From the NCBI RefSeq assembly GCF_009914755.1, contig NC_060928.1: DNA of 64,000 bases, one strand, 5' to 3'. Both the position numbers and the translations under genes were made by a program. How positions within the stretch are numbered: the stretch's first letter is position 1; the number at the start of each line of letters is the position of its first letter. Of the stretch, positions 28,680-49,884 are shown in pieces. The stretch is from the human T2T-CHM13v2.0 reference genome, Homo sapiens. Under the pieces are notes generated by a model. The model saw only the letters and a list, made by a program, of their open reading frames with translations. It was not told where the DNA came from and did no database searches.

Positions 28680-30745
28680 CACAAATGTAATTTGCAAACA
28701 ATATGAGTTTTGACAGATCAATAATTTCTATTACCATCACCGTAATGAAGATATAGAATGTTAATATCACCTCAAAAGTTTCCGTGTGCCAATTCTCAGA
28801 CAATTCTTCCACAGCTAATCTATTTTCTTTTTTGTTTTTAACACAGTCTTACTCTGTTGCCCAGACTGGCATACAGTGGCATGAGCACAGGTCACTGCAG
28901 CCTCCAACTCTTGGGTGGCTCGAGCAATCCTCCTATCTCAGTCTCCCAAGCAGCTGAGACTACAGGCATGAGCTACCCCACCCAGCTGTTTTGTTGTTGT
29001 TGTTTGTTTGTTTGTTTGCAGAGGCCAGGTCTTGAACTCCTGGGCTCAAGCAATCCTCCTGCCTCAGCCTCCCAAAGTGCTGAATTCCAGGCATGAACTA
29101 TCTGCCTGCCCTGTTTTCTGTTATTATAGATTTGTCTTTTTTAGAATTTTTTATGAATGAAATCATACAGTATTTTTAATGTCTGATTTCTTTTGCTCAA
29201 GAGTATATTTTTGAGATTTGCCATGTGGTTTTATGAATGAGTCATTCTATAGGTAGTTCTTTATAGTGCTAAATAGTATTACATTGTATGAATATCCCAC
29301 AATTTATGTTTATCCATTCCCCTACTGATTAACATTTGGGTTGTTTTCAGTTTGGGGAAATAGTCATAATAACAAATAAAGCTGCCATGAAAATATTTGT
29401 ATAAGTATTTGGTGAACATATATTTTCATTTCTGTTACACGAATAGGAGTGAAATTGTGGTACCACACAGTATGTATATTTTAACTTTCTAAGAAACTGT
29501 CCAAATTTTTCCAGAGTGAGTTTATTATTTTACATTCCCATAAGGGATGTATGAAGAGTTCTAGTTGCTACATATTGCTATGAGTATTTGATATTTCCAG
29601 TCTCTTTTACTTTAGCCATTTAAATGGGGGTGCCTTGGTATGTCACTGTCATTTTTGTTTGCATGTTCCTAATGACAAACGGTTTAGAGCAACTTTTGTT
29701 GTGCTTATTTGCCATTCTTATGTCTTCTTTTATAAAGTGCCAGTTCAAATATTTTGCCCGTTTTTAATGAGTTCTTAGTCTTCGTATTGAGTTATAAGAA
29801 TTCTTTATTATTCTAGATACAATTATTTTGTCAGATAGATATGTTGCAATATTGTCTCCCAGTCTTGGCTAGACTTTTCATTATCTTAATAATGACTCAA
29901 TGAGCATAAGTATTTAATTTTGATGAAGTCCACTTTATCAACTTTTTCCTTTTATGGTTCATACTTTTTGTACCCTATCTAAATAACATTTTCTTACCCC
30001 AAAATTGTACAGATTTTCTCCAGTATTTTTCCTTTCAAAAGTTTCATAGATCTATGACCCATTTTGAATTAATTTTTTTGTATGGGATGAATTATGTTTT
30101 AAGGTTTGGTTTGGTTTGGTTTTCTTTGGATATCCAGTTGTTCTGGCACTATTTGTGCAAAGACTTTCCATCCTCTTTGAATTATTTTGGTACCTTTGTC
30201 AAAAATCAGTTAACCTGTATGTGTGCATCTATTTCTGTACTCTCTAATTTTTACTGTCTATATGTTTATCCTAATACTAATAACACACTATCTTGATTAC
30301 CTGATTGATTATAAATCTTGAAATCAAGTAGTATAAATCTGCCACCTTTCCATCTAAACATTATAATCAGTTTATTTCTGCAAAAACTTCTGCTAGGAAT
30401 TTGATTGGGTTGATACTATTCCATTGAATCCATAGATTAATCTGGAAATAACTGACATCTTAATAGTATTGCATCTTTCAATCCATAAACATATGGCATA
30501 TATCTCAACTTTTTTAGATCTTTTCAGAATCCTCTCAGCAATGTTTTATACTTTGTGTGCAGAGGCATTGTTCATAATTTGATAAATGTATTCCTAAGTA
30601 TTTTATGTTTTGAGGTGCTACTTTAAATGGTGTTTTTATTTTATTTTTCCATTACTAGAATATTGAAATCAATTTATTTTTCTATGTTAATCTCATATTG
30701 TGTGACCTTCCTATACTCACTTATTAGTTCTGGTAGCTTTTTTCT
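28680..30745 (-). mobile_element. Old L1M (L1MC/ME-like) 3' portion, interrupted by an AluJ
   Basis: Antisense L1 3' UTR and ORF2 C-terminal phrases (tttgatgaagtcc, tctatgacccattttgaattaatttttttg). Confidence 0.8.
28822..29110 (-). mobile_element. AluJ
   Basis: Diverged reverse-complement dimer; flanks ctattttc/ctgttttc. Confidence 0.85.
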
Positions 30746-31199
30746 AAGCAATCATAATATGTTATTTCATTAAATTAAAAAAGGAATCCAAGGAAATGAG
30801 TCTATAATATGGGTTCTTCAAGAGTATTAAAATTATCACATCCATACATATTGATCAAGCCTAATCAGTAGTTATCACAGTCCTCATGTTCCTTTTATAA
30901 ATATTTTGTTCCAGTATAAAGATGAAACAGTTTTGTGTTAAGGTAGGCAACGGCTCAGATGAGCACATAAAAAAATTTAAAACAGAATTTAAATGTTTCA
31001 CCTTGACTCAGTTAAATGAATGCATATCAGTGGAGTACAATCCAAAAGAAAAGTATTATATGTACCATTAATTTAAACTTGCTATATTTGCAGAATTGTA
31101 GAAAATATAAATTATTGAATAAAGTAGTAAGCTTTATCACTATAATATATACTAAAGTATGCACATTTGCACTGGTTGAAATTAATTCTCACAAGCTAT

Positions 31200-31320
31200 A
31201 AGATAATCCTCATTTCACAGAAGAGCCTTATAAAAGTTAAGTAATTTGCCCAAGGGCCCACAGCTAGGTAAAATTAGAGCAGAACTCAAACCAAAATCTG
31301 CCTTCCATAAAGTCCGTGCT
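31200..31320 (-). mobile_element. MIR fragment
   Basis: ctcatttcacagaagag...gttaagtaatttgcccaagggcccacagctag. Confidence 0.65.
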
Positions 31321-32517
31321 ATAGTTTTTCAGTGCTGATGACTTTAAATAAAAAAGAGGAAGAAAAATATTTTTTAAAAATACACAATAGTAAGAAAGCA
31401 CTCTGCTTCATATATATAAATGTACATATAATAAGATTTAGCAAATTTTAAACACCTACAACTCCACCAAAACAAATTCATTTCATTTTTAAAAGAAAAT
31501 CATTAAATATAGGTCTCCATCACTATCTAAATTCTCACTACCTGAATCCAAATATTTAAATAATGATTTGCCAAACATCCAAAACTTAATAGACAAATAG
31601 AAACCTGTTATAATGAATCCACAGATGCATGCCAGAAAAAAAAAAAAAAAAAAAAAAAAAAAGGTGCCCTGCACAAATCTAAGCAGTTTCCAGTCTTAAC
31701 CATTGTCCTGATGATATTGCCACTGGTTTTGTTTAAAGTATAGTGCATTATTGCAACCATCTTATCATATTTCTTCCTCCTCCCATTCTTTCCCTGCTCC
31801 TCAGGCTTAGCACTTTATTGGTCTGCCAAATGACTAAGGATACAACCAACCCAAACAATCCAGATACTTTCACTATCTATAACATACTATTTTGTTTACT
31901 TACATTATAGAATTTTTTTGCAAATTACAAAATAATATCTGATATAGAATAGTATCGTTGTCAACAGCACACAAACATACTAATGAGCTCAATAAACATT
32001 TTTGAAAAATTAAATAACATGTCTTAAATAACTTTCAGAAATCCTTGGGTGATTGTTATACAGACATATAAGAGCGTTTTATTTAAGGAATCAACCCAGA
32101 ATCTTGCATGGGCTGGATATATTATTATCGTCTCATTTAAGATAATAGAATACAGTTTCCTGCTACCCAAAAATATGCTATCCAACATGTTTTCAAGAAT
32201 GCATTAAATTTGAACAAGAGAGTTCTGTAAAATGAACAACTATCAGAATAACCTAAAAACTTCACGTTTTCCTGCTTAAGAATGACTAAAATAATTTATA
32301 TAGAATCTGTACATCCCCAGCTTCTATTAAAAGCCCTCCATTATTTATTTAATCAGGGTTCTCAGTACTCACCAAGACAGTCTCACTAGCCAACCATATT
32401 AGTCTGCCAGCTACACGTTTTCTACTTCTACTCAAAATGCCCTCATCCACTGTCTCCATCAATCCAAGATTTCCTTTAAAATTCAGATCAATATAATTGT
32501 ATCCCTTAATTCAGTAA

Positions 32518-32830
<313 letters not shown>

Positions 32831-33679
32831 TCCAATAATTCTTTTAATCCATCTTGTGTTTGGGATTTAAAATTAATAAGCCCTAATCCCTGACTCCAAG
32901 AATGGAATGATCTGGTGGCAGAAACAGACATGGGAATAGACCATAATAATATAACATCATAAATGCCATGACTGGAATATATGTAGAATACCAGCAGTTG
33001 AATCTCAAAGAATGAGCAGGAATCAGCCACCTGACAAGAAAGGGAACATTCAAGGTCAAAGACTGGCTTATGCAGAGGGAGAGGGATGGGATGAGGGAAA
33101 TAATGCTAAGTTCAGGAAACTGAAGGTAGTTCAATGTGACTAAAGTATAGGATGCATACAGAAAAACTGTGAAAGAAGAAGTTGGGGAGGTAATTAGGAT
33201 CAGATTACAATAGTTTAGTATTTCATGATAAGAAGTATTCTCTGACTAAAGCCTATCTCACTCAATATAGCCCTATATTTCACATATATGCTCTTTTTAA
33301 ACCTTAGAGATTTATGTCATTCATTCACCAAATGTTTAAAGGAGACACTATGTATTTTTTCTAATTGTTTCCTGTATGTGATGTATGTCTCCAACTAGGT
33401 GACAAATAAAAACAAAGTTTCTTTTTAGCTTCTAAAACCCTAATGAAACTAGTGTAATGCTGAACAAAATACTCACTTCAATAAATGCTTCTTGAATTTA
33501 AATAATAATAATTCAATTATTATTAAGTTAATTAAAATCATAAACCTAGATTTTATTTTGGCAGTATTCCTAAATTAGCAAACGGTAAATAATATACATA
33601 GAAAATTATACTGGTAAGGACTATAAAATCTCTCCTTTAGGGGAAAAAAAAAAAAAAAAAAAACTCTAGCCATTCAAGA

Positions 33680-36655
33680 GCTTATTCTCTGCCTTCCATC
33701 TCAGGCAAGCTCCCTGAAAGAGTGAGCTGTTTATATTCATAGAATTCTTTTCTCTACCATCCATCCATTCTTCCATCCAACCATTCTTCTCTTCCACCCA
33801 TCCATTTTTCAATCCACTGCTATCTGCTGTCTTCAACTTAGTCCAGTGCTTTGCTAAAGTAACCAATAATATCGAACTTCTGCAAAGTTCATTGGATGCC
33901 TTTGGATCCCACTTTTATTAACTAACCCAAGGTATTAATATATAAAACAGGTAGTAACAACTCTATTGAAATTCAGTCCCCCTCTGGCTCCTGTGAGATC
34001 ACTCCTTCTTCATTCTAATCCTGCCATTTTTTTTTAATTTCAATAGTTTTTGGAGTACAGATGATTTTGTGTACATGAATAAGTTCTTTAGTGGTGATTT
34101 CTGAGATTTTGGTGCACCCATCACCCAGACATTGTATACTGTACCCAGTAGGTAGTCTTTATCCATGACCCCCCTCCCAACCTTACCCTCTGAGTCCCCA
34201 AAGTCCATTATATTATTCTTATACCTTTGCAGCCTCGTAGCTTAGCTCCCACTTATAAGTGAGAACATACAATGTTCGATTTTCCATTCCTGTGTAACTT
34301 CACATGGAATAATGGCCTCCAGCTCTAACCAGGTTGCTGTAAAAGACATTATTTGTTCCTTTTTGTTGCTATGTAGTATTCCATGGTGTATATATATCAG
34401 ATTTTCTTTGTCCTCTCGTTGGTCGATGGGCACTTAGGTTGGTTCCATATCTTTGCAATTGCGAACTGTGCTACTAAAAACATGCATGTGCATGTGTTTT
34501 TTTTCATGTAATGACTTCTTTTCCTTTGGGTAGATACCCAGTAGTGGGATTGCTGGATTGAATGGTAGTTCTACTTTTAGCTTTTTAAGGAATATCCACA
34601 CTGTTTCCACAATGGTTGTACTAATTTACATTCCCACCAGCAGTGAAAAAGTATTCCCTTTTCACTAGATCCATGCCAACATCTTTTTTTTTTTTTACTT
34701 TCTAATTATGGTCATTCTTGCTAGAGTAAGGTGGTATCTCATTGTGATTTTAATTCGTATTTCCCTGATAATTAGCGATGTACATTTTTTCATGTTTGTT
34801 GGTTATTTGTCTATCTTCTTTTGATAAATTTCTACTTATGTCCTTTGCCCCCCTTTTGATGGGAGTATTTATTTTTTTCTTGTTTATTTGTTTGACTTCC
34901 TTGTAAATTCTGAATACTAGTCCTTTGTCAGATGCATAGTTTGTGAATATTTTCTCCCACCCTGTGGGTTTTCTGTTTACTCTGCTGATTATTTCTTTTG
35001 CTGTGCTGAAACTTTTTAGTTTAATTGGGTCCCATTTATTTATCTTTGTTTTTGTTGCATTTGCTTTTGGGGTCTTAGTTATGAATTATTTGCCTAAGCC
35101 AATGTCTAAAGCAGTTTTTCTGATGTTATTTCCTAGAACTTTTATGGTTTCAGGTCTTAAATTTAAGTCATTGATTCATCTTGAGTTGATTTTTGTATAA
35201 GGTGAGAGATGGAGATCCAATTTCATTCTTCTACATGTGGCTTGCCAGTTTTCCCAGCACCATTTATAGAATAGACTGTCCTTTCCCAATTTATGTTTTT
35301 GTATGTTTTGTCAAAGATTAGTTAGTTGGCTGTAAGTATGTGGCTTTATTTCTGGGTTTTCTATTCTGTTTCATTGGTCTACATGCCTATTTTTATACTG
35401 GTACCATGTTTTATTTTTGGTACATATAGGCTTGTAGTATAATTTGAAGTCTGGTAATGTGATACTTCCAGATTTGTTCTTTTTGCTTAGTATTGCTTTG
35501 GCTATGCAGGCTCTTTTTTTGTTCCATATGGATTTCAGAATTGTTTACCTTAATTCTGTGAAGAATGATGATGGTATTTTGATGGGAATTGCATTGAATC
35601 TGTAGATTGCTTTGGGCAACATGGTTATTTTCACAATATTGATTCTCCCCAACCATCAGCATGGGATATGTTTCCTTTTGTTTGTGTCATCTATTAATCC
35701 TGACACTTTCAATCCTTCTTCTTTATTTCTTTCTTAGGTCCCCCTTCCTCCACTTACCACTAAATATCCCAGATTAAGTCCCTAATCCCTATAGATTGTG
35801 TAATTTAATGCAAAGGCTGGTTCCTAAATCTCTAGTTGAGATCCTCCTCAATTTTCTTACTACCTTCAAGACACTTATGCCTATATAATAGATGCTAAAA
35901 ATAACCTGATTCTCCAATACTACACACAGCTACACACACACACAAAATGTCACATGCTTCTTATATCCTCTCTGTCCAAATCTCCATATCATCATTTACC
36001 TAGTATTCTAAGCAAAAAATCTAAGAGTCATCATCAATACTCCTTTCTCACTCATCCTCCCACATCAAATTAATCACTAGATAAAATCAATGCTAACACC
36101 TAAGTATTTGTACTTTCCCCTCATTATCAGTCTCATTTAACTATTTTAATACAGGCATTCACTATGTGAACCACTATGCATTACCTCATGATTTCCCTCT
36201 CTCTCTCTACTCTCAGATCCCATCCATTTGCCTAACAATTACCTGTTCTAACTTTCTGAGATTACAAATCTGTTCATGAATCAACTGCTTAAAATGTTTA
36301 CCGGCCCAAAATCTCCTATAGATAAAAATACAAGTTGCTTTCTCACACCTTCGTGGCTTTACAAATCCTCATTGCCTGGAATGTTGTACTCCGTCTGACA
36401 AATAGCTACTTGTCCTTCAAAATATAACTCTAACACACTTTAGAATCCTTTCTTGATTTCTATCATTCCCCAAGCAAAATCAACGCATTTCTCCTTTTAA
36501 GCCTCATTGACTTTATTTGGATCTCATTGTATAATTGTTTAGATATTTGTATCTTCCATTGAGGAATGTGAACTCCTTGATTCAAGAAGCTTTGCCCTAT
36601 TCATCATCTTTCTATCCACAGCATATGATAGGTGTTCAATTAATTGTTCATTGAG
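33680..36655 (+). mobile_element. Degraded L2 split by an L1PB (pieces ~33680-34020 and ~35700-36655)
   Basis: Pyrimidine-rich L2 phrases ending tgtgaactccttga...taggtgttcaattaattgtt. Confidence 0.55.
34027..35694 (-). mobile_element. 5'-truncated L1PB (L1PB1-like)
   Basis: L1PB 3' end (gttctttagtggtgatttctgagattttggtgcacccatcacc); TSD taatcctgcca (34016-34026) / taatcctgaca (35695-35705). Confidence 0.93.
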
Positions 36656-36659
36656 TAAT

Positions 36660-36910
36660 AATAATAACTATCATTTACTGAATATTAACAAATGTCAGAC
36701 ACTGTGTTAAGCATTGTGTGTATATATATATATATTCAGATATCATTGGATTCTCACAATAACCTTTTTGTAGAGTATTATTATTCATATTTTAGAGACT
36801 TAAAAGGAAGAATATTGAGGCTTAGAATAGCAAAATATCACACACCTAGTATGTGATGGAGCAAGAAATTGAATGCAGTGTGATTCCAAAGTCTGAATTC
36901 TTTACCACTA
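36660..36910 (-). mobile_element. MIR
   Basis: tcatttactgaa...tgtcagacactgtgttaagca...ttctcacaataacc...tgaggcttaga. Confidence 0.65.
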
Positions 36911-37987
36911 AACCATAAATAAATACAAAAGGTTTTATTTATTTTATACACATCTTAAAATTTTACCATGAATGAGTATGACTTTGGTATATAAAACTCA
37001 CTCAGTGCAGTACAAACTATTTTACAATAAGACTTGAAGAGATAAGGTGCTCTCCCAAAAGATACTGAATTATTGTTTAAGCAATAACTAAATGTTTTCA
37101 ATCTCTTCCTCACTCCTTCTCTCACATATAATTTTGTCCATTTATCTTTTAATAATTCAACCCTTCCATCTTTATTGACACTTTTTTCACTTCTTTAAAA
37201 TCCATAATTTAAAAATTGAAAAACTTTCCTTAGAAAATGGGAAAAGTGAGCAATCAGAATTTGAGATACAGTAACTGTAACATGAACAACTAATTTAGGT
37301 TTGGGGGGAAAAGCGTGTTTAATTATGTGCAAGTCTTCTTAAGTCTCTGTTCACCCTCAAAACCAAGGCCACTACCACATATTACTAACAGTAATAAATT
37401 GCCAAGTGCCTGTTATAAAGCCAAGTAACCAGATAATTTAATAAATATTAAAGACTAACAATGATAAGGAAGAAAGTAAAAATGTTTACATCGAAATTAA
37501 TGGAATAATCCACCCATTAAAGAAAAAAACACAGAAAGTTTTAAATTATTTCTCCCTTTCATGTCCTTATTATTAACCTGCTTAGCATAATTTTACTTAT
37601 TTGAAACTAAAACTTTCTATTTAAGATCTATATTAGTAAATTATTTTATGTAACCTAAAATTTTATACTAATCAAGAGAATAACCTAGTCTATAAATAAC
37701 ATCTTTTAATATAACTTTTAAAAGTCTAATAATTTTGATAAATTTATATAGATGAATAGAAATAACTTAGTTTGCAGCTAGAATCTAAATAATATTTTTA
37801 AATAGTTCCAAGGTATTTTCATTTGGCAGAACTGCCAAAAGAACTAAAATTTCCAGTTTAGGATTTGCTCAAATGAACGTCAAGGCAAATTTTCGTATCT
37901 TGCCACATAATTTTTAGGCATTTGTTTTAATGAATTTGAGAAATGAATGAATAAATAAGGTGTTATGTCAATAAAGAGCCAAAGTAT

Positions 37988-38006
37988 TGGCGCCACCTAG
38001 TGAAAC
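37988..38006 (-). promoter_or_regulatory. Candidate CTCF binding site
   Basis: Minus strand reads TTTCACTAGGTGGCGCCA, matching the CCASYAGRKGGCRS core apart from the first base; retained CpG in very AT-rich unique sequence. Confidence 0.65.
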
Positions 38007-38430
38007 TGTACTCAGTTATTTGAACTAATACAAAGCTAATACAGCAACTTCATATATTTTGTATTACCAAATTAAAGAACTTCAATAGAAACAATTACCA
38101 AATGTTTTTGCATAGTAAAGATTTATCTTAAAGACTTTGTTAATATTAAGAAAGATACTAAAAAATTTTTCATTGCCAAAGGCAAGACATTCCTTAGTGA
38201 ACTATTCAGGTTGCATAAAAGTTAATATTTGTGTCTTTTAACAGGAATTCTCAGTAAATTATAATGTCATAAATATTCAAAAGATATATTAAAACAACAC
38301 TACATGTACAAATTAAGTAAATTCAAGGACAGTTATGATTTAAAAAACTCACATTGATTAAAATATTATATTCATATTATTACATATTTTGTTGCAATAT
38401 CAGAAAATGCTTAAATCCAAAGATACTATA

Positions 38431-45020
<6,590 letters not shown>

Positions 45021-45561
45021 GATACTATAGCACTTACTCTTTAAACTATTTTACTACTTTAAAACTATACTGCTTAGGCAATAGGATAAATACAAAGAAA
45101 GAAAAAAAACCCAAGAATTATTTCTCTACATTCAAAATTTTAAATAAAACTGCCCATTTTTCAGATCTGTAATTAATTCATTCAGAAAGCATTACTAAAC
45201 ATAGGTACCTCACTTCACTATATGTTTTAAAAAGAGAATGTAAGATATTTGTCCTCTAAGAACTATGGTTTAATTGAAGATGTTAGATAAATATATCAAA
45301 AAATATTCCATATACAAGAAATAATATTATTCAAATTAATCATAAGTTCAGACAAAAACACCATTAAGCATTAAGGGTCAAAACAACCTGGAAATCTGAA
45401 ATCTTGAGAAACAAGAGAAAGAGGAATGGGTTCAATATAAGCAAAGAGCATTCCAAGACAATTTCAAGGACTTACTACCTATAACTCATTTTTATGTACC
45501 ATCTATTGTAAGGGTGCATCTGCTGAACTTAAAGAGCCAAGAAATGGAGTGAAGCTATTAA

Positions 45562-45929
<368 letters not shown>

Positions 45930-47223
45930 TCCTTCAGCTGCTCTTAATGTGCAGGAGAGGTACTCCAAAGTGTTATTTTTCTTGGACCTTTAAAACTGGT
46001 TATTTCTTCTTGCCTCTTTTACCACCCCTGGGACCCCACATTAAGACATTTCTCCAGTTGGCCTACCAGATTTTTTCTTTGTTCATAGCAGCTATTGAAA
46101 ATTCTGCAGCACTTTGCCACTGAAATCTCTTCCCATATTCTCATTTCTGTTCAGCTGCATTTAGGCAGCTAAGACTATGAAAGATATACAGAATAAGAGA
46201 CAATTTCCAGAAATCATAAAAAGTTAGGGATCAAGCATGAAAGCAAAAGAAGAAAGCACCATGGGAGAGACATTTTTCCCATGCATTTTCTCTCCTTGCC
46301 TAGAGAAAGATCCCATGAGTAAGGGAGTTGGAAGAAAAGCAAAAGATTTAAACATAATAATTTGAGAATGGGCCCTAAGTTTTCTACTTGCCCATCCCAA
46401 GGCTAAGTGCTAAGCTGAGAGGTGTGAAGGAGTGATCTATCCAAAATAGGCTTGTGATTCCCAGAAAGAAAAAAAAAGAGCTTGAGCCTCATTTTCTAGG
46501 TAGCAGCCAGAAAACTGGCCAGTCATCAGAATCACCCAACCTTAAATATAGTCCAGTACAACGCAAGAGCAGCAGCGTAGCAATTCCTGCGAGAGCTTTG
46601 TAAACAGAACTAAAAAAAATTTTTACAGTTCCCTTATCACCTGATCACAAATTTAATCTCCAATTCAGCTACCTATAGACAGAAAACACTCAAGATTTGT
46701 GGCCACTAGAAACAATTTCTTCTCCATGACATTGAACTCTAACATTTACCCTCAGTAACCACAATTCTCAATTCTTCCCTGTTCTTACAAGCCATGAATC
46801 CCCTTATGATTTCATTATCTCCCCCCCTCCCCCCCCACCTTAGCCTTGATTCCAAGATTAACCATACTGGCCTTGGAAACTCTGATTCTCTCAAACCCTT
46901 GCCACTTAACAATCTTTATAGCTCCAACCTCTGGCAATGCTTAGCCCTACAATACAGGTTTCTACTCTTGCCCTCATATTGTCAATAATGAGCTTGTGCT
47001 AACCACTGTAAAATGGGACCTTTTTCTTCCACCTGCAACTATTTTATTTATCTTATTTGTCACATTCCTTATGATTCATTATGATATGTATTCCATTCTT
47101 CTCAATTACTGAATACCTACCTCCCTCACCTCTGAAGAGGACTTCATTGAATACATCACCAGAACAACATAGGTTATCCAAATAAAATTACTGGATCTCC
47201 TATATGCCTCTATATTTGTCTTT

Positions 47224-47435
47224 CAGGGATCTGCAAACTGTGGCCTATAACCCACATCCAGCTACTGTCTGCTTTTGTAAATGAAAGTTTTACTGGAATA
47301 TTATTCATCCATATATTGTCCATGGCTCCTTTTGTGCTACAACAGCAGTTGAGTAGCTGTGGAAGAGATTATATGACCCACGAATTCTAAATATTTAATA
47401 TCTGCCCCTTTACAGAAAAAGCTTTCTAATCCCTG
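47224..47435 (+). mobile_element. MER58A hAT MITE
   Basis: cagggatctgcaaactgtggcc...ccctttacagaaaaagctttctaatccctg; CAGGG/CCCTG TIR ends. Confidence 0.85.
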
Positions 47436-47741
47436 ATCTCTTTCATCATCCATTCTTTCTTCCTTTTCATAAAAAAAAGAGATATTTCTGTTCCTCTTTA
47501 ATATAAACTAGCTGTTTATGCCTTGGGTCCCTTTGATCATCTGCTTCTGAACATTACTCTATTAATTATCAGTTCTATGCATTTCTGTAGCTCCTCTATT
47601 CCCACTGGATCCTTCAACTATTCTAAGAATATGCTCCCCCCAAAATTAAAATGTCTCTCATTCTGTTATCTTTTCAATCGACCATCTGATTTTTCTTCTT
47701 CCCTTTACCATCAAAGTTCTGGTGGTAGAAGGTGGTAGAGG

Positions 47742-47907
47742 CATTGAATATTATATATAATATTGTCATAATACATATAACATATATTAATATAATATAT
47801 AACAATACAACATAATGTATATTAATATGGAATATATCATGTAATATATTAACATGTAATATAATATATAACAAATAATTATAATCGTATATATTATATA
47901 TTCAATG
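47742..47907. repeat. TA-rich low-complexity tract with inverted ends
   Basis: cattgaata...tattcaatg enclosing (TA/TAA)-rich sequence. Confidence 0.8.
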
Positions 47908-48320
47908 TTTCTATTGCCTGGTCCCATTTCCCTTATTCCATGGAATCTAACTTTTATCTGCTACAAAAACTGTTCTCTCAATACTCACAATAATTAAAAT
48001 ACATACTCTCTCAATACCTTTCATTAACTAAATATAAAGCCTTGTTCTTGTCCTGCATTCCTCTCCATGAGCTCTCTTTTAAACAGTTATTGCAATTTCA
48101 TTATCTTTTTAATTAACATGTTCATTATAAAACAATAGAAAATTCAACTAAGCAGAAAAGATAAAAGTCACCCATAATTTCACCACTTTGAGTTAAACAG
48201 TATAAATATTTTACTATGACTAAATGTACATATACTTATTAATAGTAATAAAAATCATATTATGCATTTGCTTTTTTATTTACTAACCTATCATGACCAT
48301 CTTTCTATAAAAATATTTCA

Positions 48321-48656
<336 letters not shown>

Positions 48657-49884
48657 CTATAATCTTTCATTTTTGAATCTCTATCCTTGGTATCTAAATT
48701 CCTAATTCACTTCCTACTTCACTAATTATCTCTCCTCGAGCTCTTCTATCATGCCTCACTCTCAAAATCTGTGTTCCTCCAGGATCTGTTCTTAATTTTC
48801 TTCTCATCTTTGTATTCTCTTCTATAGCAACCTCATTACTTCAATTATCACCTTCATGAGTATGACTGCCAAATCAGTATCTCTACCCATAATTTCTATT
48901 ACAAATTCTATTTTCAAATTTCTACTGTCCATTGGTAATTTTTCTCCAAATTCAATTGTCTGAAGCTGAACTCATTATCTGCTCATCATAATGAGTAGCT
49001 TCTGTGATGACCACCTCTGCTAGTGACACAGTCATCCAAATTCACTTTTAAATCATCCCTGCCTTTTCCTACTTGCTTGCCTATACACACACATGCAAAC
49101 ATGCACAATCAGTGTCAGCATTTAGTTGGGTATATAACAAAACAATGGAAAATTTAATGGTTCCATGTCAAAATAATCAGGAGAAACTACCATTTAGCAT
49201 TTTATAAGCCAAAAAATTTGGAATTTAGGGAATGAATAAGGTTCCATCTTCCCTCATTGCCTGAAAATTTAAATTAAAATTTTTTACACCTTAGGAACAA
49301 ATATTTGCTATGACAATAAAGCACTGAGAAAATGCTACATACAATAAAGCCCCTATATTTTAACCAGTTCATTCAGTTTAATTCCTTATTCTTTTTACTA
49401 TGTATAAGGTAAAGAAATAAAAAGTGATTCTTCTGATTTTTATTTCTCTAGTTTTAAGATACTGTGATAGAAAAAGTGATTGTACAAATCTTCAATTTTA
49501 AGCAAAGCGTTTATTTTATATTATACTAAATATGCAAAAATAACAATAATTTCACATTTCTGCTTTAATTATAAATTCTCTTTGATACTTCAAAATTCTT
49601 ATTTTATCAGACTTGTTTTCACAGAGTTGATTTTCAAAAGAAAGAGTCACATTACATTTAATAATAAACAAGCCTCTGGGTAAGCTCACATTTTTTAAAT
49701 TATGTATTTCAGAGCATATATGTAATTAGAGGTAAATTACCCTTATGTAAGGTCAAATTTAAACTGTACATTAGGTCTCACTAGAAAGGAACACACTAAG
49801 AAGCAATCAAATCTTCAGCTTTTTAGAACATTCACATGTTTCCCCATCTACTCCCCAACACCCCAAGATATCTAGTATTACCAT

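Noticed and set aside
31636-31662. A27 tract as the tail of a processed pseudogene
   Set aside because: No clear TSD or recognisable upstream transcript sequence.
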